NCBI GenBank assembly: GCA_903863375.1 | Contig: CAIPBT010000149.1 | Location: 4,766-68,765 of the forward strand | Length of the DNA stretch: 64,000 nucleotides | Direction of reading: 5' to 3' | Source: an uncultured Ferrovum sp. | Lineage (GTDB): Bacteria > Pseudomonadota > Gammaproteobacteria > Burkholderiales > Ferrovaceae | Shown: positions 8,614-16,999 of the stretch, one piece after another | How the letters are laid out: each line of letters opens with the position of its first letter | How positions within the stretch are numbered: the first letter of the stretch is position 1 | The notes under the pieces: generated by a model | Told to the model about the DNA's origin: nothing | The model's input: the letters and a program-made list of their open reading frames with translations, nothing else | The model's database searches: none | Translations under genes and position numbers: made by a program

Positions 8614-11580
8614 TCAGTCGTTCTCGCGCTCGGCGGTCACCCTGGCGGTCGGGCCGGGGTAGGGCTTGTTGCCTTTCATGCCCTTCCACAACACCCGGTT
8701 GAAGGCTGCCACCGGTACCTGGTCGGCTTCCTCAAAGTTGAAGCCCTTGGTGGCCTTGGCCCACCAGGTGGCGCTATGGCGCGGCTTGACATCCGGCCCC
8801 ATGGCATAAGGCACCCCGAGGCCGTTCGCCGCCAACGACAGGGTGGTCTGCTTCAGTACCGTGGAGGCGTCGGCCGCATAGGTCCAGGTGCCATTGCCGT
8901 GAATGTCGAAGGCATCCGTCATCGGTGTCTGGAAGGCCGTGTTCAGATTGATGTGCGGGGTGCCAAGGATGTCCTCGATGGTGCGCAGGGCGTTGACCTG
9001 ACTGTAGCGCGTGCTCACCACTGCCCCCTGCTTCACGTAGGGCCCCACCAGGTAGGCGGTGGCGCGATGGGAATCGACATGGTCGGCACCGTCCTGGCAG
9101 TCGTCTTCGGTCACCAGGATCAGGGTGTCGGCCATGTAGGGGCTGTGCGCAACGGCCTCAACCAGACGGCCCACCGCCAGATCGTTGTCGGCTTCCTGTG
9201 CTTCGGGGAAGTTCACACCACCGAGAGCCGTGGCAAAGCTGCCGGTGTGATCATGGCTGAAGCGCACCAGCGACAGGTTAGGCAGGTTGCCGTTGGCAAC
9301 AAAGCCATCGAATTCGCGCTTCCATTCGTTGAAGCGCCACAGATCCGGATAGTTCTGGTCGTAGCCGCGGAAATACACGTCGGTCAGCGGATTAAGGCTC
9401 AGATCGAGCGGACCCACCTGCACGATGCCAGCGGCAAAGGGATCGCTGACGGGGGCGGCGATCGTGCCGATCGAGCCATAGTTGTTGACCAGGAAGCCGT
9501 AGTTGCGCACCGTGCCGCCGGCCTGCAGCGCCGCATCAAAGATGTAACCGTGCTGGATGCCGAACGGGGCATCGGTTGAGGCATGGTTGCCGCCACCAGC
9601 CAGCAGGTTGACAGTACCGCCGCTGACGCCGGCCGTAGCGGCCGTGTAATTGGCGGTGCCGGTCGGGCCGGCCACGGCATCGCGTTGTGCCACGGTGGGC
9701 AGGTTCACCGGCACGTTGCGGTTTGAGCCCTCCGATTCGTACGACAGGCCGCGGTTGACCGCAGCGTAGTTGATCTGCTGGGTGATCGTCTCGGTGTTGG
9801 TCACGCGCCCCTGCAGGGCCCAGGACCAGCCATCCATGCTGCCATCACCCGGGTCGCGGAAATTGTCCAGGGTGACAAACTGGTTCGCGATGCGGTGGAA
9901 GTTCGGCGTGATGGCGGCACCGAACAGGGTCAGGCCGGGCTGACCGTTCGAACCATTGTTCAGGTCGCCGAGAATCTGGTCGAAGGTGCGGTTTTCCTTG
10001 ACGATGTAGATCACGTGCTTGATGTGGTGGCGCAGGAATTCCACCACTTCCTGATCCTGCTCGCTGGTTGCCACGCCGTAGAAATTGTTCTGCGCCACCT
10101 TGGCGGTGAGCGCCGGCAGGAGGGCTTCCGACGGCACCGGAGCGCTCACGAGGCTGGCATGCTCGAGCTGGAACTGGTACTGGTTGTTGGCCCGGCCGGC
10201 GGCGGCGATCTCGGCGGTGGTGGTCAGTGCCGGGTTGCCCAGGGTGTTGCCGGACAGCTGTTTCAGGGCAGCCGTGTTGCCGTAGGTGTAGCCAGGATTC
10301 GGGCCGGTCACGCTCTTGCCGTTAATGATGTACATCCAGCTGCCATCGCTGCTGAAGGCAATGTCGTGCGGCTCGTAGGCGGTCGGGATCAGCCCGCGCA
10401 CCTCGTGGGCATGTTCGCCAGTCAACGGGATCACGGCGATGGCGTTGGCACCGGCGTTCACGGCGTAGAGGGTCTTGCCGTTGCTCGACAGACGCACGGC
10501 AAAGGTCGCTGCGCCGGTGTAATGATGGCTGGCGTGCTGGTCCCGGTGCTCGCCTTCGTGCTCGGCAGCCAGCAACCCCGCCGGCGCGCGCGCGTCGATG
10601 CGGTCGACGATGGTGTTGGTGCTGGTGCCGATCACGGCGACCTGGTCGGCATTGTCCTGTGCGACGTAGAGCTTGTGGCCGGTAGCGTCCAGGGTCATGC
10701 CCAGGGCGTTGCCGTCCAGCGCGATGCGCTGCACCAGCTTGCCGGCGGTCGCGCTGCTGATGTCCACCACCACCACCTGGCGGTCGCGATCGGACGAGAC
10801 GTAGGCGGTCGTGCCCTTCAGCACCACGGCAAACGGGAAGGTGCCGCCGGCGGCCCCTGGCGTGCCTTCGTTGCCGGAGAAGTAGGGGCGCAGGTCATGC
10901 TCGTAGCGCACGGTGGCGGTGGCCGTGTCGATCACGCTGATCGAATCATTGTAGTTGTTCACCACCACCAGGGTCTTGCCGTCGGCAGACACCGCCAGCC
11001 CGCTGGCATTCGGACTGACGCTGAGCCCGATACCCCCCAGGCCTGCCGTGGTCAGATGGCCCAGGGCGATCGTGTGGGCCAGCACCCAGCTGCCACCCTG
11101 CTGCGTGTAGGCATAGACGGCATCATCTCGGCCGCCGGCGGCGTAGAGGGTTTGCCCATTCGGGGCGAACACCAGACCCACGTGAGCATTCTTCTGCTGG
11201 ATGACCTGCTTCAGCAGCGGATGCGTCTTGTTGCTGCCGCTGACGTCGTACAGGAACAGGAACTGGGTGGATGCCGCCACGTCGACGGCACCGGCCGTGT
11301 TGTAGAGCGAGTTCTGGCCAGCGGTCAGCACGGCCAGGGTCTGTCCATCCGGACTCAGCTGGGCGCGGACGGCTTCACCGGCGACGAAGTTGGGATAGGC
11401 GGCCAAGCCTGGGTTGAGGAACTGCTGCACGGCGCCGGGTACGATGGTCGGCGTAATGTATTGGCCCGAGGGCAGCTGCACGGCGGTGGCGGCCATGCTC
11501 GGAGCGGCGGCCGGGGACAGCGCGATGGCAGCGGCGAGCACGGTGGTTTTCAGGGCGATGGCGGTCTTCGGGATTTTCAT
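8614..11580 (-). CDS. Secreted bifunctional beta-propeller (YncE/lactonase-like) / phosphoesterase (PlcN-AcpA family) protein
   Basis: Signal peptide MKIPKTAIALKTTVLAAAIALSPAAAPSMA. The N-terminal half has repeated propeller blades (SPDGQTL, SADGKTLVV, SSNGKTLYAV, SSDGSWMYI). The C-terminal half carries the phosphoesterase hallmark HVIYIVKENRTFDQILGDL and HDHTGS, TEDDCQDGADHVDSHR. Confidence 0.85.
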   Translation of the reverse strand: MKIPKTAIALKTTVLAAAIALSPAAAPSMAATAVQLPSGQYITPTIVPGAVQQFLNPGLAAYPNFVAGEAVRAQLSPDGQTLAVLTAGQNSLYNTAGAVDVAASTQFLFLYDVSGSNKTHPLLKQVIQQKNAHVGLVFAPNGQTLYAAGGRDDAVYAYTQQGGSWVLAHTIALGHLTTAGLGGIGLSVSPNASGLAVSADGKTLVVVNNYNDSISVIDTATATVRYEHDLRPYFSGNEGTPGAAGGTFPFAVVLKGTTAYVSSDRDRQVVVVDISSATAGKLVQRIALDGNALGMTLDATGHKLYVAQDNADQVAVIGTSTNTIVDRIDARAPAGLLAAEHEGEHRDQHASHHYTGAATFAVRLSSNGKTLYAVNAGANAIAVIPLTGEHAHEVRGLIPTAYEPHDIAFSSDGSWMYIINGKSVTGPNPGYTYGNTAALKQLSGNTLGNPALTTTAEIAAAGRANNQYQFQLEHASLVSAPVPSEALLPALTAKVAQNNFYGVATSEQDQEVVEFLRHHIKHVIYIVKENRTFDQILGDLNNGSNGQPGLTLFGAAITPNFHRIANQFVTLDNFRDPGDGSMDGWSWALQGRVTNTETITQQINYAAVNRGLSYESEGSNRNVPVNLPTVAQRDAVAGPTGTANYTAATAGVSGGTVNLLAGGGNHASTDAPFGIQHGYIFDAALQAGGTVRNYGFLVNNYGSIGTIAAPVSDPFAAGIVQVGPLDLSLNPLTDVYFRGYDQNYPDLWRFNEWKREFDGFVANGNLPNLSLVRFSHDHTGSFATALGGVNFPEAQEADNDLAVGRLVEAVAHSPYMADTLILVTEDDCQDGADHVDSHRATAYLVGPYVKQGAVVSTRYSQVNALRTIEDILGTPHINLNTAFQTPMTDAFDIHGNGTWTYAADASTVLKQTTLSLAANGLGVPYAMGPDVKPRHSATWWAKATKGFNFEEADQVPVAAFNRVLWKGMKGNKPYPGPTARVTAEREND

Positions 11581-11854
11581 GGTGATCATTCCTGGATGAG
11601 GTTGCGCGGGCGGCAACGATTCCGCCTTGACAATTTCTCACGGCCCGATGACACATCGGTGTCCGTGCCAAGACGGTTGCGTGTCCTTGCGGTGGCGGGA
11701 TCCGGGGCAGCCTGGTTGTCGGCAGCCGGGTCATCGGCAGCCGGGTCGTCGGCCTCTGGCGTCTGGGCTTCGGGAGCGTTTGCATCAGCGGCCGTGCAGG
11801 TTTCGCGGCGCTGCCGTATGCTCGGATTCTCGTGTCCTGCCAGGGAGACTTCCG

Positions 11855-12370
11855 ATGATCGGCTCATCCACAGGGCGGCTTTGGGTGCCGCTTGCCATGA
11901 TTGCCATGCTGTATGTCGAAGCGCCAGTCTGCCAGGCTGGCGTGGATGTCGAATTCGTCAATGTGGACCGTTACGCCGACGGCTTGGCGTCGCTGTCAGA
12001 TGAACGCGTGTCGATGCCGGTCGTGCTCGATTCGGTCGCACAGACGCTGCGCAGGGCGGCAGCCTGCCTGCCCGCCCAGTCCGAGCTTGCGATCCGGGTG
12101 ACTGACCTGCATCTCGCTGGCCGGCTGGAGTGGTGGCACGCCCAGCTGGCGCCCAGCGACGTGCGTATCCTGCGGGATGATTCCTGGCCGACCATGGACG
12201 TCGAATACCAGCTGGTCAACATGCCCGGGGCGGCACCTGAAGCGGGGCATGAGCATCTCGCCGACATGAACTATCTGCACCGTGGCACCCCGTCCGACGT
12301 CGGCGGCGACTATCCCTACGAGCGTCGCATGGTGCGTGACTGGTTCTCGCGCCGCTTCTGCCGCCACTGA
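11855..12370 (+). CDS. DUF3016-like secreted protein
   Basis: ATG at 11855 follows GGGAGA. Signal peptide MIGSSTGRLWVPLAMIAMLYVEAPVCQA, then VDVEFVNVDRYADG...DLHLAG. The family call is from memory. Confidence 0.6.
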   Translation: MIGSSTGRLWVPLAMIAMLYVEAPVCQAGVDVEFVNVDRYADGLASLSDERVSMPVVLDSVAQTLRRAAACLPAQSELAIRVTDLHLAGRLEWWHAQLAPSDVRILRDDSWPTMDVEYQLVNMPGAAPEAGHEHLADMNYLHRGTPSDVGGDYPYERRMVRDWFSRRFCRH

Positions 12371-12390
12371 GCCGCCGCCGCGCAGTCGGC

Positions 12391-13236
12391 TCAGGGAATG
12401 TGGTGGTCGAGCGTGAAGCCGGCGCCGGCGTCCAGGCCGAGGTGGCCGGTGAGCCAGGGAAGCACCTCGGCAAGGGCGGCCGGCAGGGTCCAGGGGGGAT
12501 TGATGATGAACAGCCCGCTGCCATGCATGCCGAAGCCCCGGGTGGACGGGCTCTGCACGGTCAGTGAGACATTGAGCCAGGACGGCAATGACAGGCTGCG
12601 CAGGGACTGCAACATGGGACGGGTTTCACCGGATTGCAACAAGGGATACCAGAGCATGTAGGTGCCGCTGGCAAAGCGAACCAGGCTGTCTGCCAGGGCT
12701 TCGACCGTGCGCTGATAATCGGTCTTGATTTCGTACGAGGGATCGATCAGGGTCACCGCCCGGCGGGACAGGGGCGGCAGGACGGACTTCAGCCCGGCAT
12801 AACCGTCGACCTGCTCGGTTCGTACCTGTCGTCCGGCGTTCCCGAAGCACGCGCTCAACAGCTGCGTGTCGGTGCTGTGCAATTCGAACAGCCGCAGGCG
12901 ATCCTCCGGCCTGGCACAGGCCCGGGCAAGCCAGGGCGAGCCCGGATACTGGCGCAGCACGCCGTCTGCATTCAGCTCGCGCACCAGCGCAAGATAGGGC
13001 CGCATCAGGGCAGGTGGCGCCTCGGCGCGCCAGACGCGCGCGATGCCGGTGCTGAACTCACCCGTCTTGCGGGCGTGCTCACTGTCGAGGTCGTAGAGGC
13101 CGGCCCCGGCGTGGGTATCGATGTACCACCAGGGTTTGTCCTTCTGATTCAGATAATCCAGCACCGTCACCAGCACAGCGTGCTTCAGCACGTCCGCGTG
13201 GTTGCCGGCATGAAAGGCATGTCGGTAGCTCAGCAT
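12391..13236 (-). CDS. rlmJ: 23S rRNA (adenine2030-N6)-methyltransferase
   Basis: MLSYRHAFHAGNHADVLKHAVL...IDTHAGAGLYDL...IDPSYE matches the RlmJ signature. Confidence 0.9.
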   Translation of the reverse strand: MLSYRHAFHAGNHADVLKHAVLVTVLDYLNQKDKPWWYIDTHAGAGLYDLDSEHARKTGEFSTGIARVWRAEAPPALMRPYLALVRELNADGVLRQYPGSPWLARACARPEDRLRLFELHSTDTQLLSACFGNAGRQVRTEQVDGYAGLKSVLPPLSRRAVTLIDPSYEIKTDYQRTVEALADSLVRFASGTYMLWYPLLQSGETRPMLQSLRSLSLPSWLNVSLTVQSPSTRGFGMHGSGLFIINPPWTLPAALAEVLPWLTGHLGLDAGAGFTLDHHIP

Positions 13237-13325
13237 TGCTCAAGGAAAAAAACGGTGGGAAAAGCCTTGCGGGGCGGGACCTTCGCGCCGGGCATGCCGC
13301 GGATGCGGCACGCCCGGCAGAGCGG

Positions 13326-13463
13326 TCACTTACCCTTGCGGGCGCTCGGCATGGTGACCGGTTTTGTCCCCATCAGTGCGGATGCCGCCTCGGTGCCCGT
13401 TGGTTTCTTGTCCTGTTTCGGTTTTTTGGCTTCCTTGTTGCCACGCAACTGTCCCTTGGCCAT
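13326..13463 (-). CDS. Small lysine-rich hypothetical protein (45 aa)
   Basis: Too short for the ORF track. GGAGAC lies 5 nt upstream of the ATG. Translation MAKGQLRGNKEAKKPKQDKKPTGTEAASALMGTKPVTMPSARKGK, GC3 about 70%. A 14-bp-stem hairpin follows at 13287-13318. Confidence 0.5.
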   Translation of the reverse strand: MAKGQLRGNKEAKKPKQDKKPTGTEAASALMGTKPVTMPSARKGK

Positions 13464-13673
13464 GGTCTGTCTCCTCGTTGGTTCTGCGCTAGGTCAGCCC
13501 TCAGCATACGCGTGCGACGCCTGCGGTGTCAGGAATCCATCCCCGCCCCCAAACCGGGGGCGTGCCGCTTAAACGGCCGTCAGTGTTGCTCCGGAGATGC
13601 CGGCTGGAGGCTGGCGAGGACAAATTACTGCTCGTAGACTGGACGCCACTGTGTCACTCAGGAGTTCGAGACC

Positions 13674-15038
13674 ATGCGCCGACTGCCATTCCAGCGATCC
13701 CTCCGCCCGGTGCGCTGCCTGCCTGCCACTGACCTGCTTCCGTCGACGGTCAGCGGCTGCACCGCCACCATTCTGTCCGCCGGAGCCCTGCTCCTGGCTG
13801 CGGTGACAACCGGGCTTGCCCATGCCGAGGCTGCGGCAGCACCCACTGCACAGGCTGCACCGGTAGCCCCGGTAGCCCCGGCAGCCCCGGCAGCACTGCC
13901 GCCGGGTTCGCCGCTGATCGGGCAACCGGACAGCGAGGGTGCCCGCCGTCTGGCACCGGTAGCCATGCCTCCGATTCCGGCGAGCGAAGACCGTCTGCCG
14001 CTGACGGCGCTCAAGCTGCCGCCCGGGTTTCACATCGAGGTCTTCAAGGCGAAAGTGCCCAACGCGCGCGAACTGGCGGTCAGTGAGCGGGGTACGGTGT
14101 TTGTCGGCAGCCGGCTGCTCGACAAGGTGCACGCCATCGTCACCCGCGATGGCAAGCGTGAACTGAAAGTGGTGGCGAGCGGCCTGCACCGGCCAAATGG
14201 CGTGGCGGTGCACAAGGGCACGCTGTATATCGCGGAGGTGTCGCGCGTGTCCCGGATCGAGCACGTGGAAGATGTGCTGGATCACCCGCCAGCACCGACG
14301 GTGATTTATGACGATCTGCCGAAGGACGAGGCGCATGGCTGGAAATTCATCGCCGTGGGTCCCGATGAAAAGCTGTACGTGCCGGTAGGGCAGCCCTGCA
14401 ACAACTGTCTGCCGCCAAGCACGCATGGCCAGATCCGCCGCATGAACCTGGACGGCACGCAGGCGGAGGTGATCGCCAGGGGTGTACGCAACACTGTCGG
14501 TTTTGACTGGAATCCTAAGGGTGGCCAGTTCTACTTCACCGACAACGGCCGCGACTGGCTCTCGGAAGATGTGCCGGAGGACGAGCTGAACCGTCTGTCG
14601 CACGTCGGCGAGCATTTCGGGGCACCGTACTGCTATCAGGGCAACGTGGCCGATTCGGAGTTCGGCTGGGGGCATTCGTGCAGTGAATTCACGCCACCGG
14701 TGGGACTGATGGGCATTCATGCGGCGGCGCTCGGCATGCGCTTTGTGCGCGGCACCCAGTTTCCTGAGGCGTATCGCGACGCCATCTTTGTGGCTCGCCA
14801 TGGTTCCTGGAACCGCTCGGTCAAGGTCGGTGGGGATGTGGTGGCCGTTCACCTCAAGCCGGATGGCACGGTTCGCTCGGTGGAGCCCTTCCTGACCGGT
14901 TTCCTGAGCGATAACCACTACCTGGGTCGTCCGGTGGATGTCGAATTCCTGCCGGATGGCTCGATGCTGGTGTCGGATGACTACAACGGGGCGATCTATC
15001 GCATCACCTACGCCGCCCCGGCCATGGCGGCGCGATGA
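13674..15038 (+). CDS. PQQ-dependent sugar (sorbosone-type) dehydrogenase, beta-propeller
   Basis: LPPGFHIEVFKAKVPNARELAV, HRPNGVAVHKGTLYIAE, GQPCNNC, RNTVGFDWNP, FTDNGRDW and DELN...GEHFGAPYCY. The N-terminus carries an AAPVAPVAPAAPAA low-complexity linker. Confidence 0.85.
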   Translation: MRRLPFQRSLRPVRCLPATDLLPSTVSGCTATILSAGALLLAAVTTGLAHAEAAAAPTAQAAPVAPVAPAAPAALPPGSPLIGQPDSEGARRLAPVAMPPIPASEDRLPLTALKLPPGFHIEVFKAKVPNARELAVSERGTVFVGSRLLDKVHAIVTRDGKRELKVVASGLHRPNGVAVHKGTLYIAEVSRVSRIEHVEDVLDHPPAPTVIYDDLPKDEAHGWKFIAVGPDEKLYVPVGQPCNNCLPPSTHGQIRRMNLDGTQAEVIARGVRNTVGFDWNPKGGQFYFTDNGRDWLSEDVPEDELNRLSHVGEHFGAPYCYQGNVADSEFGWGHSCSEFTPPVGLMGIHAAALGMRFVRGTQFPEAYRDAIFVARHGSWNRSVKVGGDVVAVHLKPDGTVRSVEPFLTGFLSDNHYLGRPVDVEFLPDGSMLVSDDYNGAIYRITYAAPAMAAR

Positions 15039-15634
15039 CCCGGTCGCGGCAAGCGGCACTCCTTCTGGTCGTGGCCGGCCTGACCGGGGCCGCTTGGCCT
15101 GTTTCGGCCAATCCTCTCGAGGCTTGCATCGCCTGCCACACGGCGCCCGCGCCACAGGCCACTCCGGCGATCGTCGCTCCGGTGCTGGGTGGTCAACCGG
15201 TCGCTTATCTCACCACCCAGATGTACCTGTTCCGGGAGCGGCTGCGCAAGCCGGAATGGATGGGAGATTTCTTGCAGGGCTGGACCGATGAGGATCTGCA
15301 AGCGGCCGCGGAGCAGCTCGCCAAGTTGCCAAAACCAGTGCCACCGCCGCTCACCCCGGAACAGCAATCGGCGCAGGTGCAGCAGCGCGAGCGCTTCCAG
15401 ACCTTGTCAGCCCAGCATCGCTGCAGCTTCTGTCACGGGGCTGGCTGGCAGGGTCAGGACAATGTGCCGGCCTTGGCCGGGCAACATGAGGCGTATCTGC
15501 TCAGCAGCCTGCGGGCTTATAAGGACAACACTCGCGCGGGCTATGACGGCACGATGGCCGAAGTGGTGCACGACCTGAGCGACACCGACCTGCAGGAGCT
15601 GGCGTTTTCGATCGCGCATGCTGGCAGCCCCTGA
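15035..15634 (+). CDS. Dihaem c-type cytochrome (c4-like)
   Basis: Signal peptide plus two haem motifs, CIACH and CSFCH. 4-nt overlap with the dehydrogenase gene. Confidence 0.85.
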   Translation: MTRSRQAALLLVVAGLTGAAWPVSANPLEACIACHTAPAPQATPAIVAPVLGGQPVAYLTTQMYLFRERLRKPEWMGDFLQGWTDEDLQAAAEQLAKLPKPVPPPLTPEQQSAQVQQRERFQTLSAQHRCSFCHGAGWQGQDNVPALAGQHEAYLLSSLRAYKDNTRAGYDGTMAEVVHDLSDTDLQELAFSIAHAGSP

Positions 15635-15665
15635 GCCTGGCGGCAGGTCTGCCTGGCAGCCTCGC

Positions 15666-16430
15666 TCAAAGATGGAGTTGTAGGCCCAGGTAGGCGATAC
15701 CGGTTTGACGTGCCCCGAGCGTGTTGGACAGGTCGCGTCCGGCGGATGCCAGCAGGGTGTAATGGTCGCTCGGACTGATGCGCAGGCCGACATTCGCCAC
15801 GGTTTCCCGAGCGCCCCAGCGCGCTGCCGTCTCGATGTGCAGCTCCGCCATCACTTCGACATTCTCGGCAACATCGCGGCCTAGCAGGGCACCGGCAATC
15901 CAGCCGTTCGACTGTCCGGCCGGGCGCAGCCAGCGACCCATTTCCAGGTTCAGGTCGCCCAAGGGTCCGCTGCGCTGGAACTCGAGCGGCAACAGCAGGC
16001 TGTGACCCCCATTGGTCAGACCGCGTCCGGGCCCGGCAGCATCGGGCAGATTGAACTGCATCTGGGGATAGGTGGACACCTGCCAGTCCTCGGGCGTGCC
16101 GTCGACAAAGCGCCATTTCGCGCCCGCCAGTGAGCTGCCAAGACCGCTGGTACGGGCCCCGGATCCCGTTTCCACCAGATAGGGCACTTCGTACTTCAGT
16201 TGCAGGGCGTTGCCAACCCCCTAATTCAGATCCACCAGGGGCAACTGCCGCACGGTTTGCACGGCGCTGTGGTTTACCAAGGCCGCCAGGTTGATTTCCC
16301 ACCTGCCATCCCCTGGCGTGCCAGGATCGTCGGTGAGCATGGGCGGGCCGCCGCCGGCCACGGCAGACCCGGTCAGGGTCAGGATGAGCAGCAGGAGCAG
16401 GGTGGCACCCGGACTGACCGGACACCTCAT
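15666..16430 (-). pseudogene. Outer-membrane beta-barrel (MetA-pathway/phenol-degradation-like transporter family) interrupted by an in-frame TAG
   Basis: ORFs 16221..16457 and 15666..16187 are in the same frame. The read-through is ...RQLPLVDLN*GVGNALQLKYEVPYLVETG, with TAG at 16221-16223. Signal peptide MRCPVSPGATLLLLLILTLTGSAVA, then PPMLTDDPGTPGDGRWEINL. The ATG overlaps the DUF1415 stop (ATGA). Confidence 0.7.
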
Positions 16431-16999
16431 GGTGCGGCGACGTCCAGCGCCGCCCATCCTACGTGCCCGAGCGCACGCAGGGTGAGGATGTTTTTTTCGT
16501 AGATCACGGCGGCATCCGGATAGGCATCCACCGCGCGATCGACACTGTCCTCCCGCAACAGGTGCAGGGTCGGGTAGGGCGAGCGATTGGTATGGTTGGT
16601 GATGTCGTCGACCTCGGTGTCGGCAAACTGGAACTGCGGATGGAAGTGCGCCACCTGCAGCACCCCGCTCAGGCCCAGTTCCTCCAAGGCTTCGTCAGCC
16701 AATTCCATGAACCAGTTGAAGTCGAGGAAATCGGTCAGCACCCGGGGATGGATCAGCAGCGTGGTATCGACCACGGCAGGATCAGCGGCCTGCAGGGACT
16801 GCAGTTCGGCCACCAGCACCTCCATCAGTTCGGTCGGGGTCTCGACCTCGGTCACGACGTAGCGGATCTGGTCCTTGACGTGAACCGCCTTGGCAAACGG
16901 GCACAGGTTCAGTCCAATGACGGCCCGCTCCAGCCAGCGTCTGGTGTGATCGATGTAAGGACCGGTCGGGCTTGGACCGGCGGGTGTCGTGTCGCTCAT
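16427..16999 (-). CDS. DUF1415-family protein
   Basis: RWLERAVIGLNLCPFAKAV...LLIHP...FHPQFQFA...NRSPYPTLHLLRE. No signal peptide. Overlaps both neighbours by 4 nt. Confidence 0.7.
   Translation of the reverse strand: MSDTTPAGPSPTGPYIDHTRRWLERAVIGLNLCPFAKAVHVKDQIRYVVTEVETPTELMEVLVAELQSLQAADPAVVDTTLLIHPRVLTDFLDFNWFMELADEALEELGLSGVLQVAHFHPQFQFADTEVDDITNHTNRSPYPTLHLLREDSVDRAVDAYPDAAVIYEKNILTLRALGHVGWAALDVAAP

Noticed and set aside
11648-11669. Pho-box-like CGGACAC-CGAT-GTGTCAT (minus strand) upstream of the phosphoesterase fusion
   Set aside because: Only one half-site is good (6/7) and the other scores 4/7. The element is equally well described as a GACAC-N4-GTGTC palindrome, so a PhoB assignment is not justified.
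11586-11867. 93-aa minus-strand ORF with an EADDPAADDPAADN repeat in the 8614/11855 spacer
   Set aside because: It overlaps the start regions of both flanking genes and has no SD. The repeat simply mirrors the 15-bp DNA direct repeats. It is more likely non-coding regulatory DNA.
9895-12003. 702-aa plus-strand ORF
   Set aside because: It lies antisense to the propeller/phosphoesterase gene and runs through the intergenic spacer. It is low-complexity Gly/Arg/His-rich with no domain signature.
13661-13673. tRNA T-arm-like GGAGTTCGAGACC
   Set aside because: The flanking sequence cannot be folded into acceptor, D or anticodon arms. The GGAG serves as the SD for the ATG at 13674.
13569-15155. 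528-aa minus-strand ORF
   Set aside because: It lies antisense to the well-supported PQQ dehydrogenase and cytochrome c genes. Its Arg/Gly/Pro-rich composition has no recognisable motifs, which is typical of a high-GC antisense artefact.
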